Source: an uncultured virus (IMG/VR IMGVR_UViG_2061766007_002383)
Lineage: Duplodnaviria; Heunggongvirae; Uroviricota; Caudoviricetes
Strand: one strand, 5' to 3'
DNA: 64,000 nt
IMG/VR virus record: IMGVR_UViG_2061766007_002383
Position 1 is the stretch's first letter. Each line of letters opens with the position of its first letter. Positions 18,782 to 29,900 of this stretch are shown piece by piece. A program made the position numbers and the translations under genes. Below the pieces are notes generated by a model. The model was not told the DNA's origin and did no database searches. It saw only the letters and a list, made by a program, of their open reading frames with translations.

Positions 18782-19218
18782 GTTATGAAGCACGTTGGGA
18801 TATATCAGGAGTAAATATAGATACAGCTTCAAAAGCCTTTGTACAATCAGCTTCTAGAGCAATATCAAATTTACAAAATCACGAAGCTGAAATTAGTAGG
18901 CTATTTCAATATTACATTAATGAGAATGCTATGAAATCAGGAATAGAAGCTGATAATTTCGGTGATGTATTTGCTGCACATATTCATCAAGGTGCTATTA
19001 ATTTTATTAATACTGACCCATTAGTAACTCAAAGATATGAATTCGGATATTATGAAGGTTCTAAAGATACAAATGAAGAATATTATGAAGAATATATGAT
19101 TCAAACAAGTCCGAGATATTTTATTAGACCTGCTATACAAGAAACATTAAATGATGTAGGAAATATACTTCTTGAAGAAGCAAAAAAAGAATACATTAGA
19201 AATCGTTCAGAGGAATAG
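18778..19218 (+). CDS. Neck / tail completion protein (HK97 gp10-like)
   Basis: RYEFG...PRYFIRPAI motif. Confidence 0.6.
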   Translation: MSYEARWDISGVNIDTASKAFVQSASRAISNLQNHEAEISRLFQYYINENAMKSGIEADNFGDVFAAHIHQGAINFINTDPLVTQRYEFGYYEGSKDTNEEYYEEYMIQTSPRYFIRPAIQETLNDVGNILLEEAKKEYIRNRSEE

Positions 19219-19219
19219 A

Positions 19220-20005
19220 ATGAAAGATAGAAATGAATTAATTTATCTTATTCGTCAAATTATTGGTAATGAAAAAGAAGATGGTTTTTATACTCCAGTA
19301 AAATGGAATAATAAAACAATTGATGTACCAAATTATTTATTTAAAGATGGTACAGCAAATTATCCTGAAATTCGTATTTCACCATTTTTATCTGAATCTC
19401 AAGCTTCTCATTCCATTAGAATAAGAGATTTTAATTATGATAGTAAAACTTCATTTTATAATACAATTTTTCAAATTGATATATATGCAACAAATTTACC
19501 TTTAGTTAATAAGATTGAAGACACTATACGTCGTAGAATTGATTTATTTTATGATATTGATTCTATTATTTATGGGTACGATGAAAGCTTTCATTTAATT
19601 GATAGTGAAAAAAATGTATATTACTCTCCAAAGTACAATATCAATAATACCAATATTATTGGTATCTCTTTCTGCAACAGAAGAATTGAAAGAGTACATA
19701 AAAAAGAGATGTTAAAATACAAACATACATTCTTTATTGATAAAAATGGTTTATATATACATACTGACTTTCCTATTAAAATGATGCGTATTAATGCTGT
19801 ATTAAATGGATTAATTTTCCCTGATGGTGAAACAGCCCATAAAAAAGGAATTATTAAAACTCGTGTTATGCGTAGAAGAAGTTTAAGTCAATTAGAAAAT
19901 AATAGAGTTGAAAGAGTATCTTTTGATTTAGGTATTTTTTATAGAATGGATTCATTACGTAATCCAGGTCCAATAGCAACAAACATAATGATTGATAGTG
20001 ATTAA
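19220..20005 (+). CDS. Tail terminator-like protein
   Basis: YPEIRIS and FQIDIYA motifs; lies before the sheath; start set to the ATG at 19220. Confidence 0.55.
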   Translation: MKDRNELIYLIRQIIGNEKEDGFYTPVKWNNKTIDVPNYLFKDGTANYPEIRISPFLSESQASHSIRIRDFNYDSKTSFYNTIFQIDIYATNLPLVNKIEDTIRRRIDLFYDIDSIIYGYDESFHLIDSEKNVYYSPKYNINNTNIIGISFCNRRIERVHKKEMLKYKHTFFIDKNGLYIHTDFPIKMMRINAVLNGLIFPDGETAHKKGIIKTRVMRRRSLSQLENNRVERVSFDLGIFYRMDSLRNPGPIATNIMIDSD

Positions 20006-20006
20006 T

Positions 20007-20264
20007 ATGGCAACTAAAAAGAAAGAAATTAAACCAGTAAAAGCAATTAAAAAGGTTGCTAAAAAAGAAAAAAAAGCAAAAGCAGTGCCAATTCTTCAAA
20101 ATAAAGAAACATTGCTTCCTGCATCTAAAATTGGTGAAATTTTAAATATACCAGGCTTTGAGCTTTTTATTATCAAAACTAAATACAATTTTGATGATAG
20201 CGCCTTATTTACTATTTCTCAATTTAAAGAAATGTACAAAGAAACAATAAAAGAAGGTAGATAA
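20007..20264 (+). CDS. Small Lys-rich hypothetical protein
   Basis: Closely packed ORF before the sheath gene. Confidence 0.6.
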   Translation: MATKKKEIKPVKAIKKVAKKEKKAKAVPILQNKETLLPASKIGEILNIPGFELFIIKTKYNFDDSALFTISQFKEMYKETIKEGR

Positions 20265-20265
20265 A

Positions 20266-22443
20266 ATGGTAGTTGGTAAACCTTATATTCGTTTTAAAAT
20301 TAATAATGAAGGCACCACAACAACAGTTGACTACAACCACACATGGGCAACTACAGTTGAAACCAATAAAGGACCTATTAACACCCCTGTATTAGTAACA
20401 AGCCCAGCAGAGGCTTATAACATCTTTAATGTAAATGTAGCCCCTTATTTTGCACAAGGTGCAACATCTTTAATTATTGTAAGAGTTGCGGCAGATAGTG
20501 TTAATAAACAACCATCTAAAGGCGTTTTTGATTTCAACACAAAAAAAGATATACCTTTCATTGTAGCTGACCAAGCTGTATTGAAGAAAACTGTAAATGG
20601 AACAGAATATGTACATCCATTATATTATGTGTACATGAGTGACAAGACATACAAAGTTGTATACAAATATAAAGATGCAAATAATCATATTGTTCCTGAT
20701 TTATTTGTAGATACTATACATGATGACGGTAAAGCAAATATTATCACAGAAGAAGATGTTCTTGCAGATGCAAAAGCAAAAGCCGAAGCACAAAATGCAA
20801 GTGCAGAAGAAGGAGCACCACAAATTGATGTTGATTCTCCAGACTTTGACCCAACAAGATATACTGATTTAGAAGCATCTACTCTTTATGACATTAATAT
20901 GGTAAAACCATTATTAATTCCTAAAAAACATGCTATACCAAAAGGAACTTCTTTAATAAGACTTACAACATTGTATGAGGGTGAATATGATATTACTGTA
21001 AGTTGTGGCGAATCAATCACAGATACAGGTTATTATAACATTTATATCACCGAGCAACCATTCGGAACAATATCTGTTAGAGATGGATATTATTTAGATA
21101 AAATTATAGCACGTATTAACAATGCTAACTTTAATGTAGATGCTAGTTTAACTGAAGCAGGTGCTATTATTAATAATGCTATGTACAGTAATGCTAAAGC
21201 TGTTGAATTAGGGCAAATTAATATTGATGGTACTGTAACTGACTTTATTACTAGTGATATTAATATTAAAGATTATATTAAAGTCGCTAAAGATGGTAAT
21301 AATGATATCATAGCTTTAACTACAGATGAAGAAACCGCTATTAAAGAAGATGCTGAAAATATGGATATCACTCCTGATTACACACAACAAGCAACAGTCA
21401 CATACTTACCATATGCAATCAATTTTGTTAATACTGGTGCTCAATCCTTTATTAATGGTAGTAATGGTGAATGGGACGCTGTAGCAGGTAGAATTCCATC
21501 AGAATACCAAGCTAAAGCACATGCAGAAGGTTTAAAAGCTTTGCAAAGAATTAGATTAGCAGGTGTATTCTGTATGTATGGTGAATCACTTATTCAAAAT
21601 GAATATTTAACACATGGTATTAATAAGAAAGAACCTGAAAAAGGTATGAATAATAATGAAACATGTAAGTGGAGAACCATATTATTAGGTGCAAACGCAC
21701 AAGATAGAACAGATATTACTTCTCTTATTAGTAAAGCACAAGTATTAGATAATCAATATGTTCTCTTTTTAGGACAAGGATTAATTGATACTGGTTTTAC
21801 TGGAGACGTCGCATCAATGAGTAAAACACTTAAAGAACAAATTGGTGCAACTAGTGATTACTTCCTCTTACCATACGAATGTACACAATATGTCGCAGGA
21901 TTAAGAGCAAAATTAGAATATTACGAATCTATTTTCGGTGGACAAGGAAGAAAACGTATTAGAAGCATTGGTACATTAGATATTGCTCCATTATTCAAAT
22001 ATGAAAAAGCTTACGAATGGAACCCTAATGCATATACTAGTTTAAACGAAGCTGGTGTATTAACATTTACCGAAGACTATGGAAACATTACATTAACTGA
22101 TGGTGTAACAACCAAACAGTCTGGTACTGAAGAAGACGAAGAAGGTGTAATGAATATCCTTAAATACGCTCAAAATGCTATTTACGATGTTTGTTTACCT
22201 TATATCGGAAGAAACATTAATGCTGATTTAGAAAACAGTATTAATATGGATATTGAATCAGTACTGTATGCAATGAAAGTTAATGACCAAAGTTTAATCG
22301 ATACAGACGAATTTAGTGCATATAGTGTGAATATTAGTTTAGGTACTAGGTCTAACCAATTACTTGGAAGAATATACATATACTTAACTATAACTCCAGT
22401 TCATGCTTTAAGACAAATAGAAGTCGAAATGACTGTACAATAG
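20266..22443 (+). CDS. Contractile tail sheath protein
   Basis: N-terminal KGPINTPVLVTS...YFAQGA..LIIVRV; C-terminal LNEAGV, DGVTT and IYIYLTITPVHALRQIEVEMTV. Confidence 0.9.
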   Translation: MVVGKPYIRFKINNEGTTTTVDYNHTWATTVETNKGPINTPVLVTSPAEAYNIFNVNVAPYFAQGATSLIIVRVAADSVNKQPSKGVFDFNTKKDIPFIVADQAVLKKTVNGTEYVHPLYYVYMSDKTYKVVYKYKDANNHIVPDLFVDTIHDDGKANIITEEDVLADAKAKAEAQNASAEEGAPQIDVDSPDFDPTRYTDLEASTLYDINMVKPLLIPKKHAIPKGTSLIRLTTLYEGEYDITVSCGESITDTGYYNIYITEQPFGTISVRDGYYLDKIIARINNANFNVDASLTEAGAIINNAMYSNAKAVELGQINIDGTVTDFITSDINIKDYIKVAKDGNNDIIALTTDEETAIKEDAENMDITPDYTQQATVTYLPYAINFVNTGAQSFINGSNGEWDAVAGRIPSEYQAKAHAEGLKALQRIRLAGVFCMYGESLIQNEYLTHGINKKEPEKGMNNNETCKWRTILLGANAQDRTDITSLISKAQVLDNQYVLFLGQGLIDTGFTGDVASMSKTLKEQIGATSDYFLLPYECTQYVAGLRAKLEYYESIFGGQGRKRIRSIGTLDIAPLFKYEKAYEWNPNAYTSLNEAGVLTFTEDYGNITLTDGVTTKQSGTEEDEEGVMNILKYAQNAIYDVCLPYIGRNINADLENSINMDIESVLYAMKVNDQSLIDTDEFSAYSVNISLGTRSNQLLGRIYIYLTITPVHALRQIEVEMTVQ

Positions 22444-22451
22444 GTGATATA

Positions 22452-23078
22452 ATGCCACATGCGTATAATAGTACTGACCCAATAAACAACTTTAATTTCT
22501 TTGAAACTGGTTACATAATGATTGACGGAAACAGATACGATGTAGAAGAAATTTCTATTAACACATCAAGAGATATGACACCATATCATGTAGCCGCTCA
22601 AAGAGACCCAATCGACCAAAGACCAGGAAAAAATAAAATTGAATTCTCTATGAAAAGGGCATTTTCAGACGCAACATTATCTTATTTATATGATGCATGT
22701 TGTAAATTTGATTTATTATTAATCAACAACGATGACCCAGATTCTCCACAACCAGTTGTATTATTAACTGATTGTAGATTAAGTCAAGACAATATTGGAC
22801 CTATTAATGGTTCTGATGTTGTATCACAAGATTTACAAGGTGTTGCGGCACAAAGAATCTGGAAAATGTGTGATATCAAAAATGCTCTTGAAAAACAATG
22901 TTCAGCTAGGTGTCCACCAGGCACTAGTTCCACCAAAAACATTACTGATGGAACTGTTGTTGCTGATGCAAGAGATGCAGCTTATACTTTAGGAAATCAA
23001 CGTGCAGCAACCATTCAAGAACGTAATAGAAGCGCTGGTGTATCACGCCCTGATTTAACCCAGTACGAAACACAATAA
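22452..23078 (+). CDS. Tail tube protein
   Basis: Follows the sheath; tube-like beta pattern; GGTGA RBS. Confidence 0.75.
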   Translation: MPHAYNSTDPINNFNFFETGYIMIDGNRYDVEEISINTSRDMTPYHVAAQRDPIDQRPGKNKIEFSMKRAFSDATLSYLYDACCKFDLLLINNDDPDSPQPVVLLTDCRLSQDNIGPINGSDVVSQDLQGVAAQRIWKMCDIKNALEKQCSARCPPGTSSTKNITDGTVVADARDAAYTLGNQRAATIQERNRSAGVSRPDLTQYETQ

Positions 23079-23179
23079 ANNNNNNNNNNNNNNNNNNNNN
23101 NNNNNNNNNNNNNNNNNNNNNNNNNNNNNNNNNNNNNNNNNNNNNNNNNNNNNNNNNNNNNNNNNNNNNNNNNNNNNNT

Positions 23180-23689
23180 GGTAAAGAAGCAGAAGACAAT
23201 AATCCTATTGTCCATGAAACCAAAAATAAAGCAACAAATCCAGATGATTTAATTTCTGAATTAATGGCTGATTCTAAAAAGAAACAAAAAAGTCGTAAAA
23301 AGAAAAAACTTGAAGAATATCAAGCCACTCAAGCAACAAGAGATATGTTGTTTTCAAGACTTGGTAAAACCATTAATGTACCTATCATTATGGATGATGA
23401 ACAAGTTATTGTATTTAAAATTAAAAGACTATCTGAAGCAGAAAACTCTGAAATTATTGACAGGTCTTTAGCAATAAAAAATCTAGACGATATGACACCA
23501 GAAGAACTCGAAGAATCCAATAATTACAATTATAGATTACTTGAAAAAGTTGTAGTCGACCCATACTTAACACAAGATGAATGGAAAAGTGGTGTTGATA
23601 CAGCATTAGTACAAAAACTAGTCGAACAAGTAATGAAAATATTAACTAATATTGATGATTCTGAAATTTTTGAAGAATTTCAAATCTAG
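23180..23689 (+). CDS. Tail assembly chaperone (true start lies in the N-gap 23080-23178)
   Basis: The frame is open from the gap edge; FKIKRLS...VVDP.LT pattern; lies between tube and tape measure. Confidence 0.75.
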   Translation, partial: GKEAEDNNPIVHETKNKATNPDDLISELMADSKKKQKSRKKKKLEEYQATQATRDMLFSRLGKTINVPIIMDDEQVIVFKIKRLSEAENSEIIDRSLAIKNLDDMTPEELEESNNYNYRLLEKVVVDPYLTQDEWKSGVDTALVQKLVEQVMKILTNIDDSEIFEEFQI

Positions 23690-23870
23690 TATTGAAAAAT
23701 CACCAGCATTACAATTAGATTTTATAGTTTGTGAATTTTTACGAAAAACTCCAATGGAAGTATATGAATTAGAAAGACAAGGACTTTTAACTCTTGAACA
23801 GAAAATTTTTATACAGGCAGGAGTATTATGGAAAAGAGAAAAATTTGGAGGTTGTCCATTCTTTGGATAA
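23679..23870 (+). CDS. Frameshift extension of the tail chaperone (+1 frame)
   Basis: Overlapping +1 ORF (FKSSIEKSPALQLDFIVCEFLRKTPMEV...) entered at TTT-CAA (23678-23683). Confidence 0.65.
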   Translation, partial: FKSSIEKSPALQLDFIVCEFLRKTPMEVYELERQGLLTLEQKIFIQAGVLWKREKFGGCPFFG

Positions 23871-23888
23871 TATTCATTTCGCTACCCT

Positions 23889-23925
23889 AGGAGAGTTAAC
23901 TATATAGTTACTCTCCTTTTTTTTT
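23889..23925 (+). terminator. Stem-loop plus T-tract between the chaperone and tape measure genes
   Basis: AGGAGAG-TTAACTATATAGTTA-CTCTCCT followed by eight more T. Confidence 0.7.
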
Positions 23926-23950
23926 ATAATTAATAATAAGGAAAAATACA

Positions 23951-26900
23951 ATGTCCCAAAATAGAACCATTAAAACCCCACAAGATTATGTTAATTATAC
24001 CTTTAATATTCAAGCCAGAGGTGTAGCAGAAGTATCTGGTGAATTAATAGGTTTATCTAATACAGTAACAAATATTCTTGGGCAATTAGCTTTTAAAACA
24101 TCTGAATTTTTAACACATACTGACTCAATGGCATTAGGCGTTGGGGCTACTATTGCATCAATGTTTATATCTGCTAGTCAAAGTGCTGAAAGATTTCAAC
24201 AACAAATTGCAAATGTAAAAGCTATTGGTGGTGAATCAGTTGATGCTAATGCTATTGGGCAAGCGGCTATGGAATATTCTAATAGATTCGGTATGGCAAC
24301 AGCATCAATGACAGAAGGGCTTGAAGCTCTTGCTAGAGCTGGTATTACTAGTACAAAAGTAATGGGACAGGTACTAGAAGAAGGTGTTAAATTATCTAAA
24401 TTAGAAGGAATGGATTTAGAAGATTCAATCAATAGTTTAATTTCAACAACAAACTTATTAGCAGAATCTGGCATAGATATGAATGCTGAAGATTATGGTA
24501 ATTTTGTACAACAAATGAACCAACATATTGTATCTACTTCAGAATCCGCACCAATTAATGCCCAAAATATTATACAAACATTACAACATGTAGGTGGATA
24601 TGCATCCGCATCAGGAATGGACCAAGAAGATTTATTTGCTGTTATTGCTCAATTAGGTTCACGTGGTACAAAAGGAGAAATGGCAGGTACTGCATTAAGA
24701 GCATTTATTGCAGCAGGACAAAAAGATACAGCACAAAGAGCATTAAAGAGAATTGGTTTAACACCAGCTGATTTATGGGATGATGGTGGTGAAACCATGC
24801 TGTCAATTTCAGAAATGAAAGATGTTCTTGATGAAGCATTAGAAGCACGTGGATATTCTAAACAAGAAAAACTTGAATTTTATTCTGATTTTGCTGGTTA
24901 TAAACAAGCTAACCAGATTATGAAAATTGACACAGCTGAAGTAGAGAAATATAAAGAAAATATTGCTAATGCATGGAGTTTAGGTGAAAAATTAGATACA
25001 ATTTTAGGTACTGTCAAAGGAAACCTAGATAGAATATGGCAAATCACTCAAAATTTTATGACTAAAGTTGGTAGCAATCTTATTAATATATTAGGATTAA
25101 TTTTATCACCTATAAGAGCAATTTTAGAAATATTTACAAAAATTCCATTTATGGATACGGTTGTTGCAGCTGGAATGTTATTTGNNNNNNNNNNNNNNNN
25201 NNNNNNNNNNNNNNNNNNACTTTTAATAAACTAGTACCTGCTGTTGCTGGTTTTATGAGTGGAATTGCGAATGTTAAAAAAGAATCATTCCAATTAGAAA
25301 ATATTTGGAAAAGCACTACCGACCAATTAAAATTAGCGTCACAAATTCTTGATAAAATTAAAAATGGAGACCAAAGAGGACTTGTAAAATTAAATTATCA
25401 ACAACATGGTTTGCCAACCAAACAAATGGAAGAAATAAGAATGGAAGTTGTATCACAAATGTATAATGATTCAGAAGGTTATAAAACCTTTGGATTAACT
25501 TTTGATGAGCTCCCTAATTATTTCAAAGATATGATTGCTGCCGAATTTGAAACTACTGATATTTATAGAGAAAACTTACAAACACACATAACAAATGCGC
25601 TTAAAAAGGTTGATGAAGTCACTAGTAATCCAGTAAAAATTACAGAAGCTTTCCAAGAAGAAAGATTAGATGCTATTAGTAGATATGTTGAATATATTTA
25701 TGATATATTAAAAAGACAAGATGAAGATAATGGTAACGACCAAGATGATGGAGAAAGTGCACGCAGTAATAGACGCCGTAATGCAGAAGCTCACGCAAGT
25801 GGCTCTGGTTCTGGTGGCTCTGGTTCTGGTGGCTCTGGTTCTGGTGGCTCTGGTTCTGGTGGTTCTGGTTCTGGTGGCTCTAGAGATGTTGATACTGCAG
25901 TAGCTGATGCGGTTTCTAATATTTTCGGTCGATTAAATGGACGTACATATGGTAATTATGAATTTGACTTCAGGGGCGTAAGTGGATATAATAATTTAAA
26001 AAAAGAAATGAGTCAGGCATTTGATGACTTAATTAAAAAAGTTAATAGTTTTTCCAATACAGATGTCACTCAAATGAATTCTGTACAAAGAACTACATAT
26101 AAAAAATTATTATATCGTGAATCAACATTAAATGCAGGCGCTAGAAAATATTCTACAAGAGCTAATGAATCAGAAGTACGTCTAGCTTTAGAAAAAGGTA
26201 TTTTTGAAGACCCAGGTTCATCTAATAGAGGAATTCGTAATGACCAATTGCGTGTTATGGCAAGAGCTGTAGGATTACGTATTAATCGAGAATATAAAGA
26301 TTTAGAAGAAGCAGGTAATCGTGCTGAAATTGTGAGAAGGATTCATGAAGCTGGTGGAGAAAAGTTACAAGACCCACGAGAAGTAGATAAAATTGTAAAT
26401 AAAACTAGAAAAAAATGGACTGATTTTTTAGATTCTTTAGAAGAAGAAGGCAGAGTAACTATTGACCCACAAAAAATATTACAAAATGACCCTAGAATTA
26501 GTAGACAAATTATTGATGCATTGCATATTAATACAAATGGTGTAAGTGATACACAAGCAGTATATAATTATTTCAAACAAGCAAGAAATCGTACAGATGA
26601 TAAAGTTAATACTGCAACAAATATTATTTTTGAAAACTTAAAAAATAATGGACAAATTTTTTCATTACCTGAACAAAATGAGATACAATATGTATTAGAA
26701 AATATAAAACGTATGCGTAATACATTAGACTTGTTTAGTGTAGATGGAGCTCATGACCAATTTAAAGATGAAATTGATAGTATTCGTGCTGATATGGATA
26801 CATATAACACTATCTTACAAACAGGTGGTGAAGCATTAGGACAAGCTTTTGTAGAAGGCTTTGTTGTTGAAGGATTAGGACGTCATTCACCAGGTTTTGC

Positions 26901-29900
26901 ATACAAAGCTTTTCAAGCTGAATTGAGAAGTATAAATCAATTATTTACAGAAGGTATTGCTAGTTTATCAGGTAAAGAATTTAAAAGCTTTAAAAAATCT
27001 ATTCTTCAAGATTTTGATGTTAAAGATGCTACACTCAATGCAAAAGTATCTGAAGCTGCATTAAGGGCGGAATCATATTCAGATAGTAAAAATTTTAGTA
27101 AATATGAAAAACAATCTTATGCTTTATATAAAGAGGGTGCATCAAGTCGAATGAGAGAAATATTTACTAATTTTGAAGATTTAGAAAATTATTATAATGA
27201 AGCTAATTTTTTACACGAATATTTTGAAAATTATGATGCCTACGATAAAGCAATAAGACACAGAGATGTTAATCTTCCAGATGTATTTGCTACAGCAAAA
27301 TTACATAGTGCTTTTAAAAAAGCACCTAAAATTCCTATATCATCAATGTTGTATCGAGTAGGAGAATCAAGTGAAATTAATACTTTTGATAATGGATTTG
27401 GGTATTTCCCTGGTGCAGTATCTACTAGTTATGATTCATCAGTAATTGGAAGAGATTGGTTACGAAAAGCATATAAGTCACCTACTGATATCACTATGAG
27501 AGCACCAGCTGGTATACCAGCTTTAACTGATGCATTATTTTATAATCCAACAGACCCATTAACATATACTGGTGATAAGTTTGGCGAAGCTGAAGCCACA
27601 TTGGGTGCATTACAAGCCTTTTTTAAAGACGATAGTATTGGTGGAGATTTACAATTAATTACACCTGAACAAATTAATATTCTTTCTGCTATGGTTAATG
27701 ATGAATTGGATGATACTATTGCAGTAATGGATACTATACATCCTATACTTAAAACTAAAGCAACAGATTTAGGACATGGTATTGTAACTGGTTTTGTTGA
27801 AGACGGATTAGGTAGACATTCACCAGGCTATCTAGCACAAGCTGCTAAAAATGAAACAGAAGATACTGATAATGCATTAGAAAGGGGCACTAAATTAATA
27901 TATAGTAAAAAATATGGTAAAATTTTTAGAGATGCTATATTAAAAGATTTAGATGTGGATACTTTAGAACCTTTTAATAAACCTACTTTTTATCGTGTAC
28001 CAACTGTTAAAGATATATCTAGAGTAGCATCACCTGAAGCAATAAAATTAATGGATAATGGATTTTACTTTGATGACCCTGATGAACGTCCACCTGGACT
28101 TATTCCTGGTCCATTAATGCAAAGACAAATATTACATCAAAATGCAAATAATTTTCCTACTTTTGATGAAAAATTAGGTTTTACTAATTATATTTTTCCA
28201 TTTGGTTCAGATATGAATGCTTTTGTTAGACATCCGAAAGATTTTGGACCTGGTGTTTATAGTGGAAACTTTAGATTCTTTACACCTGGTTTTGATGAAA
28301 AAAGTCAACGAAAAAAACCAAATTCACGTACATTAGATAATTTCATTGTTGATGATGAAGTATATATAAATTTTATCAAACAACAAGTAAATGCAGCTAA
28401 TCGTAATATTTTACAATCTCCAGGTTTATTAGAACCAACAGTATTAACTCGTGGTGGTATTCTTAATAAACCACGTAATAAAATTGGTCAATTTGATGCA
28501 TTAACATCAACATCATATTATCCACCTATAGGAGAAAGCTTTAATGATGACAGTAGAAAAAGAACAATGAAATTATTATCTCCTGCTGGAACAAAAGGCT
28601 TAATAGCATATCCAGCCGCATTAACACAAGACCAACAATTATTTTTTGATGAATTAGAATTAACATTAAGTGGTTTCCAAAAATATATAGAAGTTAATCG
28701 AAAAAAAATTGCTGGACAAAAAGGTGCATTATTAAGATTAATTACTGATGAAGAAATTATTGATTTTGCTAATAATATAGAAAAATATAAAGCTATTGCA
28801 TCAGGTGAAGACGATGACGTTTTCCATTCATATAAAAGTCATTTACATGACTACACATATGACCCTTTTATTAGTGATAGGGTATATGGAACAATGAATA
28901 GTCTATACGACAAAGAAAGCAACCCAAGTATGGAATATAGTGCGGATAGATTAGATGCATTTTTTGATATGGGGGAAGTATTAGTAAATGATACTGATTC
29001 TGCGCTTTCATTAGGTACAACTGATGGTAAAACTCTTGTAATAAATATTCCAGATATTATAGAAGAAGCACAAAATGAAAATGGTAACTATGGAGATTTA
29101 TTATTAGATACTTATTTACATGAATTAGCACATATTACATTACAGCATAAACAAAGAGAAAAAATGACATCTTCTCCTTATGCTATTAAAAATTTCCAAA
29201 CTGACGGATATGTTGGTGAATATGATAACCATTTGCAAGCTGAATATGAAGCAATGATGACTGCTCAAAGTGTGCAAAAAGCATTAGGTATAACAATTGG
29301 CAAGAATGATACAAAAAATTTAAAAGCTATAGAAGAAGAGTTGAAAAAACATAATGTTGATGTTGATTTCAGTAAAAAAATTGCTAAAAATATGGCAGAA
29401 TCCATGTTAAAAAATCTTGATTATATTTTTGGAGATATTGATGAAATAGAATCAATGAACCGAATGAAAGCAGATACAGGTGGATTAGGCACATGGGAAA
29501 AAACAAAAAATCATATTACAAAAAAATTATCACAACATAAAGATAATGATGCAGATGTATTTTATTCAAAACCAAGAGGAGCTAGACCATCAAAATTACA
29601 AGAATTGCTTTATCCTTTAGAAAAGCAAATAAAAGAATTAGAAATATATAAAAGACACATTAAAAAAAGAAATGATTTATTATTAGACATATGGTATGAA
29701 TTCCAAAGAACAGAACAAGGATATGGTAGTGGTAAATATTCTGAAGTAAAAATGAAAAATGGTGTAAAACGACTTAACGATTTAATGGATGATAATCGTT
29801 TCTATTATGATGACTTATATGATGAAGAAGGACATTATATTGCTGGACCTAGAATAAAAAGAACATTTGGAAAACATGGAAGAGGTACAGCAACCCAACA

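Noticed and set aside
25185..25255. Apparent split or frameshift of the tape measure into 427-aa and 2463-aa genes
   Set aside because: The break coincides with an N-gap of estimated length, and the downstream frame is open from the gap edge.
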